Notes: a model not told the origin generated them from the letters alone. A stretch of DNA of 64,000 nt from an uncultured Dehalococcoidales bacterium (GCA_964448395.1 CAYUWM010000002.1:4010-68009), one strand, 5' to 3'; shown: positions 48,738-62,103, counted from the stretch's first letter. Translations and numbers: made by a program.

Positions 48738-50063
48738 ATGCCTAAAGCGCTGCTGATCGCCGGCGGACGGGTCGTAGACCCTGACCAGGACCTGGATATG
48801 GTGTGCGATGTTCTCGTCGCCGATGGCAAGATCGCGTGGGTGGGACCGCGCAAGGGCATGCCCTCGCTGCCGTGCGACGTGCTACACGCCGGGGGGATGG
48901 TGGTCTGCCCCGGGTTCATCGATCTGCACTGCCACCTACGCGAGCCGGGCTTCGAGGACAAGGAGACGATAGCCAGCGGCACCCGTGCCGCGGCCGCCGG
49001 CGGCTTCACCACCGTCTGCGCCATGGCCAACCTCGACCCGCCCACCGATACGGCAGCGGCGGCCGATTTTATCAGGAGGAAGGCGGCAATGGAGGGCGCG
49101 ATTCGCGTGCTGCCGGTGGGGTGTATCACCGCGGGGCGCAAGGGGGAGCTGCTGGTGAACGTAGAGGAGCTGGCGGAGGCCGGCGTGGTGGCCCTCAGCG
49201 ACGATGGCGACGCGGTGAAAGATGCCCGGCTGATGCGCTCCGCTCTGGAGTCCAGCCACCTGTTCGACCTGTTCATCATCGAGCACTGCGAGGATTCATT
49301 GCTGAGCGACGGCGGGGTGATGAACAAGGGCGAGATTGCGGAACGCCTGGGGCTGAAAGGCATACCCGCCGATGCCGAGGAGAGCATGGTGTCCCGCGAC
49401 ATATCGCTGTCGCAGCTGACCGGCGGACACCTGCACATCACCCACGTCAGCACCGACGGCTCGGTGACGCAACTGAGGCACGCCCACGAGATGGGTTACG
49501 CCGTTACCGCCGACGTCACCCCCCACCACCTGACGCTTACCGAGGAGCGGGTTGTCGGCAAAGACGGCAGGGCCGATACCAGAGCCAAGGTGAACCCCCC
49601 GCTGCGGAGCGAGCAGGACGTGGCGGCGCTGGTGGCAGGGCTGCGGGACGGGTATATACAGGCCATCGCCACCGACCACGCCCCCCACACCGCGGCCGAC
49701 AAGGACTGCGATTTCGACAGGGCCGCCTTCGGCATCAGCGGGCTGGAGACCGCGCTGGGCAGCGTCATGTCGCTGGTGCACAGCGGCGACCTGGAGTTGT
49801 CAACGCTGATAGCCAGGCTCACCTCAGGTCCGGCGCGCGTGCTGTGCCGCGACGACATCGGGACGCTGGAGCCGGGCGCCGAGGGAGATTTATGCATATT
49901 CGACCCGAACGCGGAGTGGGTGGTGGACCCCGAGAAGTTCGAATCCAGGGGTAAAAATACCCCGCTAGCCGGAGAGAAGCTGAAGGGCAAAGTGATGGCC
50001 ACCGTTTACGGCGGCAACATCGTGTACAGGGACGACTCGATAAAGCTGGAGACTGAGGGCTAG
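48738..50063 (+). CDS. pyrC: Dihydroorotase
   Basis: Metal-binding DLHCHLREPG motif. About 440 aa. The ATG at 48738 is the likely start. Confidence 0.85.
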   Translation: MPKALLIAGGRVVDPDQDLDMVCDVLVADGKIAWVGPRKGMPSLPCDVLHAGGMVVCPGFIDLHCHLREPGFEDKETIASGTRAAAAGGFTTVCAMANLDPPTDTAAAADFIRRKAAMEGAIRVLPVGCITAGRKGELLVNVEELAEAGVVALSDDGDAVKDARLMRSALESSHLFDLFIIEHCEDSLLSDGGVMNKGEIAERLGLKGIPADAEESMVSRDISLSQLTGGHLHITHVSTDGSVTQLRHAHEMGYAVTADVTPHHLTLTEERVVGKDGRADTRAKVNPPLRSEQDVAALVAGLRDGYIQAIATDHAPHTAADKDCDFDRAAFGISGLETALGSVMSLVHSGDLELSTLIARLTSGPARVLCRDDIGTLEPGAEGDLCIFDPNAEWVVDPEKFESRGKNTPLAGEKLKGKVMATVYGGNIVYRDDSIKLETEG

Positions 50064-50210
50064 AAATTCAAGGGTAGTAAATCGATGCGAGACTAGACGA
50101 TGCACCATGCTGCGCAACCGCTGGGAATCAAGGATTTGCCCCGCATGCGGGGATTCCGGGGAGCAGTAGCGCCTTGCAGCAGCACATGGAGATGGTGAGA
50201 GGATATTGAG

Positions 50211-50978
50211 ATGGATATAGAAAAAACTTTAAAGCTAATTGAAGGGAAAATACAAGAAATACCTGCTCTAAGATGGCCCTGCTTTGATTACAAAAAGAAT
50301 GACGAAGAAGTACATTTGTGGATTAACGACACTCTCTATATAGTTGAGGACGGATTCGGGAGGGATTCTCCAGAATACAAGCGTGTAGCCAATTCATCAA
50401 GGCGTACTAGAGTCATTGACACTTCCAAACAACGTGAAATTAATATGCAGTGCTTAGATTCATGCGAATCTGCACTACAATCAATACTGCGCAATTATGA
50501 AGGAGAAGATTTTACCTCGGTCACTTCTACACCGACTGAGGGGACATTAACTCCTAAGGTATTCATTGCACACGGTAAGGATTCACTAGCACTAACAAAG
50601 CTATGTCGCTTTTTAACACAAATAAGTATTGATCCCCTAGTCGTAGAAGACAAGCCTAGCGAAGGTAGAGCTGTTGACGATAAAGTTGATTTTTATTTAA
50701 ACCAATCTGATTGTGCAATTATATTAGCAACAGGAGATGACCAAATAGACGGCAAGATTCACCCCAGACAAAATGTAATTCACGAAATAGGCTCAGCTCA
50801 AAGAATTTTCCCCCGTAAAATTATCTATCTATTGGAAGGTGGTACTGAATTCCCTTCAAACATTAGTCCTAAAGTCTGGCAGAGTTTCAATCAAGAATGT
50901 ATGGAAGAAGCATTCATTACAATTGCTAGAGAATTAATAGCATTCGGTCTTTTAAAGTCGGTGAAACCTGAACAATGA
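50211..50978 (+). CDS. AT-rich protein with a C-terminal TIR-like domain (COG4271-type) and an N-terminal domain of about 115 aa with no recognisable match
   Basis: The C-terminus (KVFIAHGKD...RQNVIHEIGSAQRIFPRKIIYLLEGGTEFPSNIS) matches the COG4271 consensus (KVFIVHGHD...RARQNVIFELGYF...GVELPSD). GC is roughly 37%, against more than 60% in the flanks. Confidence 0.65.
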   Translation: MDIEKTLKLIEGKIQEIPALRWPCFDYKKNDEEVHLWINDTLYIVEDGFGRDSPEYKRVANSSRRTRVIDTSKQREINMQCLDSCESALQSILRNYEGEDFTSVTSTPTEGTLTPKVFIAHGKDSLALTKLCRFLTQISIDPLVVEDKPSEGRAVDDKVDFYLNQSDCAIILATGDDQIDGKIHPRQNVIHEIGSAQRIFPRKIIYLLEGGTEFPSNISPKVWQSFNQECMEEAFITIARELIAFGLLKSVKPEQ

Positions 50979-51078
50979 CAAGGTGTATAAAGAGTAGCTT
51001 GTTAAGGCAGAACACCACCGTAACCGGGCGGGCTGCGGCGCGGTGTGAATATAAATAAATTATAAAGGAGGATACTGC

Positions 51079-54302
<3,224 letters not shown>

Positions 54303-54306
<4 letters not shown>

Positions 54307-55055
54307 AGCGTATCCTCGCCCCGGTCATATCCAACGACGAGGTCATGCGCGGCGTCTACCTTATGTGGGCCCAGGCCCCCGCCGTAGCGTCCGCTGCCAG
54401 GCCGGGGCAGTTCGTCATGGTCAAGGCCAGCGATAACTGCGACCCGCTGCTGCGGCGCCCGCTGAGCATCCACCGCGTGAGGAAGGACGGGACGATCGCC
54501 CTGCTCATCGAGGTCATCGGACGGGGGACGGAGTGGCTCGTCCAGCGGCAGGCGGGGGAACAGCTCGACCTGCTGGGGCCGCTGGGAAACGGCTTCGATA
54601 TCCGTGCCAGAAACCTGTTGCTGGTTGCCGGCGGCTGCGGCATCGCGCCCCTGGTATTCCTCGCAGAGAAGGCCCTGGCCAAAAAGCGTCACATGATTAT
54701 GCTGGTGGGGGCCAGGAGTGCCGACCGGGTCTATCCCCGCGAGCTGCTGCCGGCAGATATCGCCACCGTCACCATCACCGAGGACGGCTCGATGGGGGAG
54801 CGGGGCATGTCCACCGACCTGATGGCCGAATATACCAATTCCCATGAGCAGATATTCGCCTGCGGCCCGGCCGATATGTATCGGGCTATGGCGGGGCTCG
54901 ACTGGTTGAAAGACAAATCGGTACAGGTATCGCTGGAGGCCAGGATGGGTTGCGGCTTCGGCTGCTGCTTCGGCTGCACCATCGAGACCAGACGGGGATC
55001 GAAGCGGGTGTGCAAGGACGGGCCCGTCTTCCAGCTCGGCGATCTATTGCTGTAA
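54303..55055 (+). CDS. pyrK: Dihydroorotate dehydrogenase electron-transfer subunit
   Basis: FAD/NAD-binding fold plus the C-terminal CxxGxCxxC...C 2Fe-2S motif (CGFGCCFGC). TTG start overlaps carB. Confidence 0.8.
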
Positions 55056-55077
55056 TCACCGTCGAAAGGGGTACGAT

Positions 55078-55494
55078 ATGATAGTAACCAGGAAAATCGG
55101 GGTTCGCCCCAGGGGTGAATGCGACCTAATCGACATTACCGAGGAAGTGAGGCGGGAGGTCACCGGCTCGGGGGTCAATTCGGGCACGGTGACCGTGTTC
55201 ATCAGCGGCTCGACGGCAGGGGTCACCACCATCGAGTACGAATCGGGGGTGTTGAGCGACCTCCAGGCGATGTGGGAACGCCTGGTACCGCGGAACATGT
55301 CCTACCAGCACGACCGCCGGTGGGGGGACGGCAACGGCTACGCCCACGTGAGGGCATCGCTTCTCGGCCCCTCCCTGGTGGTGCCCTTCACCGACCGCAA
55401 CCTGCATCTGGGCACCTGGCAGCAGATCATAGTCGCCGACTTCGACAATCGTCCCCGCACCAGAGAGGTGGTACTGCAGATTGTGGGCGATTAG
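55078..55494 (+). CDS. YjbQ/UPF0047 family protein
   Basis: Family-like sequence over 138 aa. Confidence 0.6.
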   Translation: MIVTRKIGVRPRGECDLIDITEEVRREVTGSGVNSGTVTVFISGSTAGVTTIEYESGVLSDLQAMWERLVPRNMSYQHDRRWGDGNGYAHVRASLLGPSLVVPFTDRNLHLGTWQQIIVADFDNRPRTREVVLQIVGD

Positions 55495-55608
55495 GTTGAC
55501 AACAGGGGCTACATATAGTATAAACAACACAGTTGAAATCCATCTGTTACCATATCTGGACAGCGGATGGTAAGGGGTTTATAATGTCCCCTGTACAAGG
55601 GAAATGTC

Positions 55609-56079
55609 ATGGCCGATGAACAAACAGCATCGCTGAAGAAGGCGCTAGCCAAGTTCGAGCTCTTCATGTGGCTCACCGACGACGAACTGGAAAAGGTCGC
55701 CGCGCTGAGCCGTGAGGAGAGCTTCGCCGCGGGGATTAGCATTATCGCTGAAGGCGCAACCGCCCACGACCTGTACATGGTGGAGGAAGGGCAGGTGAGG
55801 GTGGAGATGAGCCTTTCCGTCTACCCCGGCCTGGTGCAGGACTCCCTGGTGGAGATTATACCCAAGGGGGAGCCGTTCGGCTGGTCCGCGGTTATCGGCT
55901 CCCGCGTGTACACCATGACGGCACGGGCCATGGAGCAGGTCAAGGTTATCGCTATAGACGGGGAGAAGCTGCTTGCCCTGTTCAACAAGAATCCCGACAT
56001 CGGGTTCAAGGTAATGGAGGGGCTGGTATCAGTGGTTTCCCAGAGGGTGAGGAGCGTCAAGAAGACACTTCTTGTATAA
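55609..56079 (+). CDS. Stand-alone cNMP-binding-domain protein, paralog type A
   Basis: Single CAP-effector-like beta-barrel with no HTH. The phosphate-binding cassette is degenerate (FGWSAV...TARA instead of FGE.AL...R[ST]A). Confidence 0.65.
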   Translation: MADEQTASLKKALAKFELFMWLTDDELEKVAALSREESFAAGISIIAEGATAHDLYMVEEGQVRVEMSLSVYPGLVQDSLVEIIPKGEPFGWSAVIGSRVYTMTARAMEQVKVIAIDGEKLLALFNKNPDIGFKVMEGLVSVVSQRVRSVKKTLLV

Positions 56080-56142
56080 TTCGATCGGGTGCTATTTTGC
56101 AGGAAGGCATAACGCTGGTGACGGGGGAGAAGAGGGAGAACA

Positions 56143-56607
56143 GTGGCTACTATTAAAGAGACGCTCGCCAACTCGGAGCTGTTCAAGGGGCTCACCGATG
56201 AAGAGCTGGATCGGGTAGCATCAGTATCCCGCGTGGAGATCTACGAGGGGGGCGCCATTTTATTCACCGAGGGCAGCACTGCAGAGGACCTCTACATTAT
56301 CGAGCTGGGTAAGGTGGCCATGGATATGAGCCTCTCCGGCACCCCGGGCATGGGCAAGCAGGCCAGCGTGGAGACCATGACCAAGGGGCAGGGATGTGGA
56401 TGGTCCGCGCTTTCAGGCACTCCGGTTTATACCCTTACGGCACGGGCCATCGAGCCGGTACGGGTAATCGCTATAGACGGAGGCCGCCTCTACAATCTGC
56501 TCAAAGAGGACCCCTATCTGGGCTATCGGATAATGTCGCGGATGGCGACGGCGATTTCCGCCAGGCTCAGGAACATCAGGATGACGATGCGGCTGTTCAA
56601 TCGCTAG
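56143..56607 (+). CDS. Stand-alone cNMP-binding-domain protein, paralog type B
   Basis: GTG start. Ends RLRNIRMTMRLFNR. Confidence 0.65.
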   Translation: MATIKETLANSELFKGLTDEELDRVASVSRVEIYEGGAILFTEGSTAEDLYIIELGKVAMDMSLSGTPGMGKQASVETMTKGQGCGWSALSGTPVYTLTARAIEPVRVIAIDGGRLYNLLKEDPYLGYRIMSRMATAISARLRNIRMTMRLFNR

Positions 56608-56806
56608 AGCCACACTACATGGAATTATCCTTTGCTGTATAGATGACAATATTACTCTCCACAATCTCATTAACAGCGGAACATCATTGCAGCGGAAACC
56701 CGGCAATTAATCGTCTTTCAGCCGCCTGTACCGAATATATGATGAAGTGTCACTGGGAAGAAATGCTTACCTGCACTCCACGCCACAGCGAAAGGGCTAA
56801 AGCCTG

Positions 56807-57262
56807 ATGGCCTCTATAAAAACGGCTCTGGCGAACTCCGCCCTGTTCAACAAGCTAACCGATGAGGAACTGGATAAGATAGCCTCGCTGAGCCGTCAGG
56901 AGGTATACCCCGAAGGCACCCTGCTTTTCTCAGAAGGGACGATGGCTACCGACCTTTACATCGTCGGTGCGGGTCAAGTGGCGGTGGAGATGAAACTCGC
57001 AGTCTACGCCGGCCTGGTGCAGAAGGCCACGGTGGAGATCATCCTCGAGGGGGATACCTTCGGCTGGTCGGCAGTCCTCGGCTCCCTGATATACTCCCTG
57101 TCGGCCAGGGCCCTGGAGCCGGTCAGGGTTATCACCATAGACGGAGACCGCCTGCACTCTATGCTGGATGAAAACCCGGATATGGGCTATCGGGTAATGA
57201 CTGGTCTGGTAGAGGTCGTCTCTTCAAGGTTGGGAAGTATCAAGAAGACCCTCTTGGTCTGA
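56807..57262 (+). CDS. Stand-alone cNMP-binding-domain protein, paralog type A
   Basis: Ends KKTLLV, as does the first paralog. Confidence 0.65.
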   Translation: MASIKTALANSALFNKLTDEELDKIASLSRQEVYPEGTLLFSEGTMATDLYIVGAGQVAVEMKLAVYAGLVQKATVEIILEGDTFGWSAVLGSLIYSLSARALEPVRVITIDGDRLHSMLDENPDMGYRVMTGLVEVVSSRLGSIKKTLLV

Positions 57263-57330
57263 GCGTCCTGCTGAACCAGCACTGGACGATATGCCACGGA
57301 CCGTTATATAATTAACCTTCGGGGAATCAG

Positions 57331-57792
57331 TTGACCACCGTTAAAGAGGCTCTAGCACAATCCGATATATTCAAGGGTCTGCCTGACGAATGGCTGATAG
57401 AGATAGGCGAGCTGGTAGAGCCGAAAGAATACCAGGCCAAAGAATATCTTTTCCTCGAGGGAGATGAGCCCACCAACATGTACATCGTGCAGGTGGGCAA
57501 GGTGGCTATGGACCTCAGCATGTCCCCCATCCCCGGGGTCGGGAACCAGACCACAGTGGACACCCTGACCAGGGGGCAGACGTGCGGCTGGTCGTCGGTG
57601 GTGGGAAGTCCCTATTCCATGACCGCAAGATGTATCGATCCAGTGGGCGTTTTGGCTATCAACGGTCCCTTACTGCGCTCACTGTTGGACAGCAAACCGG
57701 AGATGGGATATAAGGTGATGGAGAGCATGGCATGGGTGGTCATCTCCAGGCTGAGGAACATCAGGATGGCGACCCGCATGCTCAACCGCTAG
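57331..57792 (+). CDS. Stand-alone cNMP-binding-domain protein, paralog type B
   Basis: TTG start. Ends RLRNIRMATRMLNR. Confidence 0.65.
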   Translation: MTTVKEALAQSDIFKGLPDEWLIEIGELVEPKEYQAKEYLFLEGDEPTNMYIVQVGKVAMDLSMSPIPGVGNQTTVDTLTRGQTCGWSSVVGSPYSMTARCIDPVGVLAINGPLLRSLLDSKPEMGYKVMESMAWVVISRLRNIRMATRMLNR

Positions 57793-57836
57793 TATCACAA
57801 CTTAATTAATTTACTATTCTGAAACGAGGGAGGAAT

Positions 57837-58772
57837 ATGAAAACAGAGACCATTATCAAAGCAGGAAGCAATCTGGAGAGGGTACTGGCAAGCGGGAGCT
57901 TCGCCGCCACCGGTGAACTGGGACCACCCCAGAGCGCCGACCCGGAGGTTATCCGCGAGAAAGCGAAGCTGCTCGTGGGCAACGTGGATGCGGTCAATAT
58001 CACTGACGGGCAGACGGCGATTGTCCGCATGTCGAGCTTCGGCGCAGCATTGATAGCCATGGAGCAGGGCCTCGAGCCCACGGTGCAGATGACCTGCCGC
58101 GACCGCAACCGTATCGCCATCCAGATGGATATACTGGGGATAGCCGCCAACGGGGTGAAAAACTTCCTCTGCCTTACCGGTGATCACCAGTCCTTCGGCA
58201 ACCACCCCCAGGCTAAGGGGGTATTCGACCTCGACAGCATCCAGCTTATCAAGATGGTCAAGGACATGCGCGACGATAAGAAATTCCAGTGCGGCGAGGA
58301 AATGAAGGCCGAGCCCCGTCTCTTCATCGGGGCCGCCGCCAACCCGTTTGCCGACCCCCTCGACTTCCGCGCCACGCGGCTGGCGAAGAAGGTGGCGGCG
58401 GGTGCCGACTTCATCCAGACGCAAATCGTCTTCAACGTGGAGCGGTTCGCCAAATGGATGGAGGCGGTGCGCGAGCGCGATCTGCACAAGCAGACCTATA
58501 TCCTCGCCGGCGTGGCGCCGATCAAATCCGCCGGCGTCGCCCGCTACATGAAGAAGAACGTCCCGGGGATGGATGTCCCCGACGAGATCGTGGAGCGCAT
58601 GGCCTCAGCCCCCAAGGAACAGGCCAAGCAGACCGGCATCGACCTGTGCGTGGATATCATCAAGCAGGTGCGCGAGATAGAGGGCGTTGCCGGCGTCCAC
58701 ATCATGGCCATCGAGTGGGAGGAGGCGGTTCACGAGATCTGCGAGAAGGCCAGCCTGCTGCCACGGCCGTAG
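57837..58772 (+). CDS. metF: Methylenetetrahydrofolate reductase
   Basis: MTHFR fold over 311 aa. RBS is GAGGGAGG. Confidence 0.75.
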   Translation: MKTETIIKAGSNLERVLASGSFAATGELGPPQSADPEVIREKAKLLVGNVDAVNITDGQTAIVRMSSFGAALIAMEQGLEPTVQMTCRDRNRIAIQMDILGIAANGVKNFLCLTGDHQSFGNHPQAKGVFDLDSIQLIKMVKDMRDDKKFQCGEEMKAEPRLFIGAAANPFADPLDFRATRLAKKVAAGADFIQTQIVFNVERFAKWMEAVRERDLHKQTYILAGVAPIKSAGVARYMKKNVPGMDVPDEIVERMASAPKEQAKQTGIDLCVDIIKQVREIEGVAGVHIMAIEWEEAVHEICEKASLLPRP

Positions 58773-58796
58773 CCTTCAATAGGGTAAATCGATAGC

Positions 58797-58829
58797 AAAA
58801 GGGGCAGTTTTGTTAGCTGCCCCTTTTTA
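58797..58829. terminator. Bidirectional rho-independent terminator between metF (+) and mop (-)
   Basis: AAAA, GGGGCAG, a 9-nt loop, CTGCCCC, TTTTT. Confidence 0.7.
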
Positions 58830-58838
58830 TTCAACCTT

Positions 58839-59048
58839 CTAGTCCACTAAGAGCATCACCTGCGATGCCTTGATGGCGGCGTAGACCTCCTTGCCTTCCT
58901 TCAACCCCAGCTTATCGGCGGATTCTTTAGTGACCATCGATACTATCTCGGCCCCGCCATCGATCTGGATCACCACTTCAGTATTGACCGCCCCGGTCTT
59001 CACCCGCTTCACCTTGCCCTTGAACAGATTCCGAGCGCTTGTTTTCAT
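58839..59048 (-). CDS. mop: Molybdopterin/molybdate-binding Mop (TOBE) protein
   Basis: 69-aa single TOBE domain. Confidence 0.75.
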   Translation of the reverse strand: MKTSARNLFKGKVKRVKTGAVNTEVVIQIDGGAEIVSMVTKESADKLGLKEGKEVYAAIKASQVMLLVD

Positions 59049-59166
59049 TTCATCGACCTCCTAATACCTTCTATCTCAGGAAATCCTATGATACTACTTT
59101 ACCGACGTTTGTCAATAGGCTGTTTTGGGCAGTGGGGGCATGATGAATGCCCCCACTGCATGCCTA

Positions 59167-60210
59167 TCACTCTATATACGGCTTGAGCTGTTCGGGTATC
59201 TTGCTGGCATCGCTGGGCTGAGCCGGCACCAGTGGCGGCTGTCCCTGGCTGCTCAGTATCGCCTGGCCTTCCGAGCTGAGCATGAGCTCCACGAAATCCA
59301 GCGCCTCGGCGGGGTGAGGTGCGTTGGAAGGTATGGTAACCCCGTATATTGTGGGCTCCCCCACCAGGGTGGAAACGGTTCCCTCCTCGCTGCCGGTAAC
59401 ATCGACGGTTGCCTTGCTGTAGAAGTCCGCCAACGCCTGGTTGGACATATCGAGCTCGTCGGGGAGCGTTATATAGTCATAACCATGCTGTATCGCTACC
59501 GACACATACTCGAAGGCATAGTCCAGGTCACCGGAGTCCAATAGATACATAAGCTCTACCGATTTCGGCTTCACAATCTCGCCCCAGCCACCACCCATCC
59601 GGCCGCGATCCATATCATCGCCGCCATCGGGTATAGGTATCAAGGCGTCGTACAGGCCGGAGGCGTTATCGTCGGGGGTCAGCCCGAAGTCTGCGGCCTC
59701 CTCATAGTAGTACTTCTGAGCCAGCTGGCAGACCATCAGCGTCCGGTAGCCGCAGGGGTCGGCATCGGGATCGGAGTGGCCGTAGGTCACATCCTCATTA
59801 AGCAGTATGTCGTACCAGGTGCGCTCGCCGCTTACTATCTCGTCGGCGAAGGGGGCGCCGTCGCGGTAAGCTATCACTATCGAGTTCGTCGCAAAATTGA
59901 TGTACCAGTCAGCGTAATCGGGGAACATCAGATCCTCGATGGCCTTATAGTCCGCGGAGCCGATCACGTCCGCCGCTTTACCCAGCTCGGTTACCTTCCT
60001 GATAGTGGTGCGGCTGCCCGCCCCTTCCAGCACTACGGTCACGTGCTCATTCTGCGCCTCGAAACTGTCAGCCATCTCCTCGTAGGGCACGGCCAGGCTC
60101 CCCGCGTGCAGAACGGTTAGCTCTACAGCCTCCGGTTCAGAGGTGCAGGCAGTCGCCGCCAGCGCCAGCACCATCACCAGTGCGACCAGTGGTAGAAACA
60201 CCCTTTTCAT
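59167..60210 (-). CDS. Tungstate/molybdate ABC transporter substrate-binding lipoprotein (WtpA/ModA-like)
   Basis: Signal peptide with an LAATAC lipobox. Start placed at the MKRVFL ATG. Confidence 0.7.
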   Translation of the reverse strand: MKRVFLPLVALVMVLALAATACTSEPEAVELTVLHAGSLAVPYEEMADSFEAQNEHVTVVLEGAGSRTTIRKVTELGKAADVIGSADYKAIEDLMFPDYADWYINFATNSIVIAYRDGAPFADEIVSGERTWYDILLNEDVTYGHSDPDADPCGYRTLMVCQLAQKYYYEEAADFGLTPDDNASGLYDALIPIPDGGDDMDRGRMGGGWGEIVKPKSVELMYLLDSGDLDYAFEYVSVAIQHGYDYITLPDELDMSNQALADFYSKATVDVTGSEEGTVSTLVGEPTIYGVTIPSNAPHPAEALDFVELMLSSEGQAILSSQGQPPLVPAQPSDASKIPEQLKPYIE

Positions 60211-60223
60211 GCAACACTCCTTT

Positions 60224-61270
60224 CTAAAATATGTGAACCGCCGACGCTTTGAATACCACATGGACCTCGTTCCCCTCAACAAGGCCCAGCTCTTCAAACG
60301 ATCGGCGGGTAACCAGACACACGAAGTCAATCGGGGTGCTGACGGTTACATTCATAGTCGCCCCCCGGTCCTCGACCTTGGTAATGGGTCCAACCAGAGA
60401 GTTGCGCGCGCTGGATACCAGCGACTCCCGGGATAGCAATATGTCCTCCGGCCGCAGTGAAGCGTGCAGCAACCCCCGCAGCTCGGTTATGACCTCCACC
60501 TCCACCCCTCCGATGTCCATTACCGTCCCCCGCCTGCTGTCATCCCGTACCTCTCCGGAATATATATTGCGCGTCATGGCGAAGCGGGCAACGAACTCCG
60601 AGTTCGGCTGGCGGAATATCTCCTCCGGGGTGCCTACCTGCACGATCCTGCCTTCACCCAGCACTGCGATGCGGTCGCCCAGGGCTACCGCCTCCTCGAA
60701 GTCATGGGTCACATGTATGAACGTACGCCCCAGCCGGCGCTGTATATCCCGCAGCTCCCGTTGCACCCTATCCCGCTGCTCCGGATCCAGGGCGCTCAGC
60801 GGCTCGTCCAGCAGCACCACCTGCGGGCTGGTGCTGAGGGCACGGGCCAGAGACACCTTCTGCGCCTCCCCCCCGCTGAGGGTGCCGGGCTTGCGCTGCA
60901 ACAGGTGCTCGATATCCAGCAATCCCACCAGCCATTCCAATGCCTGAGCCGTCTCTTTCTTGGTATGCCTGCGCCGCTTCAGCCCGAAAAGGATATTGTC
61001 CCTGACCGACAGGTGGGGGAACAGGGCATAATCCTGGTAAACGAATCCGATTCCGCGCTTCTCCGGCTCCAGCTTGGTTACCTCGGTTCCTCCCAGCCAT
61101 ATCTCTCCGCTCTTGACCGGGTGCAGGCCGGCGATGGCTTCCAGCAGCACGGTCTTCCCGGCACCGGTGGGACCCAGGATGATGAAGTATTCGCCCTTCT
61201 CTACGCTCAGGTTGGCACCCTCGAGGATGAAATCCCCAAGGTCCACGGTCAGCCCTTTAATCTCAATCAC
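60224..61270 (-). CDS. ABC transporter ATP-binding protein with a C-terminal TOBE domain (ModC/WtpC-like)
   Basis: Walker A (GPTGAGKT), ABC signature (LSGGEAQ), Walker B (LLDEP). C-terminal TOBE. Confidence 0.8.
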   Translation of the reverse strand: MIEIKGLTVDLGDFILEGANLSVEKGEYFIILGPTGAGKTVLLEAIAGLHPVKSGEIWLGGTEVTKLEPEKRGIGFVYQDYALFPHLSVRDNILFGLKRRRHTKKETAQALEWLVGLLDIEHLLQRKPGTLSGGEAQKVSLARALSTSPQVVLLDEPLSALDPEQRDRVQRELRDIQRRLGRTFIHVTHDFEEAVALGDRIAVLGEGRIVQVGTPEEIFRQPNSEFVARFAMTRNIYSGEVRDDSRRGTVMDIGGVEVEVITELRGLLHASLRPEDILLSRESLVSSARNSLVGPITKVEDRGATMNVTVSTPIDFVCLVTRRSFEELGLVEGNEVHVVFKASAVHIF

Positions 61271-62103
61271 GCCCGCTTACCCCGGTAGTAAATGATGCGC
61301 AGGAACACGAAAATCACCAGGCAGGTGATCATGAGCAGTGTGACCAGCGGCAACACGTAGTCAATGCCGTACATCTCCAGCCCCCGGTAGACCAAGACGG
61401 AGGCTATCGGTGGGGATGAAGTGAGTACCAGCACCGCCCCGAACTCGCTTATACTGCGCGCCCACATCATGATGGAGCCGCCGAATATGCTGCGCCGGGC
61501 AAGCGGCAACGAAATCCGGAAAAAGGTCTGCCACGGCGAGGCCCCCAGTGTGCGTGCCACCTTCTCCAGCCTCACGTCAACCTCTTCAAAACCCTGCTTG
61601 GCCGAATTGATCAGGAACGGCACGCTGACGAACACCATGGCGATGATAATCCCCGGTATCTCCTGCACGAAACTTATGCCGAAGGCATCGAATATCTTTC
61701 CGCCGAAGTGCATCTTGCCGAAGACGAACAGCAGGGCGATGCCCGCGGCTATGTGCGGCACGACGATGGGCACCTCGATGAGGCTCTCTATTACCCGCTT
61801 CCCCGGGAACTGGTGCCGCGCCAGAAAATACGCCAGCGGAACCCCGAATATCAGGCCGACGGCGGTGGCGATAAGGGCGGTGTAAACACTGAGCCATATC
61901 GAGTTGCGGACATCGCTGTCAAGGAGCTGCGACCACAGCTCGCCCGCACCGGATGAGAACAGAATCTTGGCCAACGGTATGAAGATAAAAAGCAGGATAA
62001 CCATCCCCAGCAGGAAAAAGGTCAGCGTCAGCCTGCGCTGTATGGTCCATCTGACCGCGTCGCGCAGACTGTATCTCTTCTTTGATAGCCCACCTGAAAC
62101 CAT
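61267..62103 (-). CDS. ABC transporter permease (ModB/WtpB-like)
   Basis: Multi-TM protein with an EAA-like loop. Confidence 0.75.
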   Translation of the reverse strand: MVSGGLSKKRYSLRDAVRWTIQRRLTLTFFLLGMVILLFIFIPLAKILFSSGAGELWSQLLDSDVRNSIWLSVYTALIATAVGLIFGVPLAYFLARHQFPGKRVIESLIEVPIVVPHIAAGIALLFVFGKMHFGGKIFDAFGISFVQEIPGIIIAMVFVSVPFLINSAKQGFEEVDVRLEKVARTLGASPWQTFFRISLPLARRSIFGGSIMMWARSISEFGAVLVLTSSPPIASVLVYRGLEMYGIDYVLPLVTLLMITCLVIFVFLRIIYYRGKRA

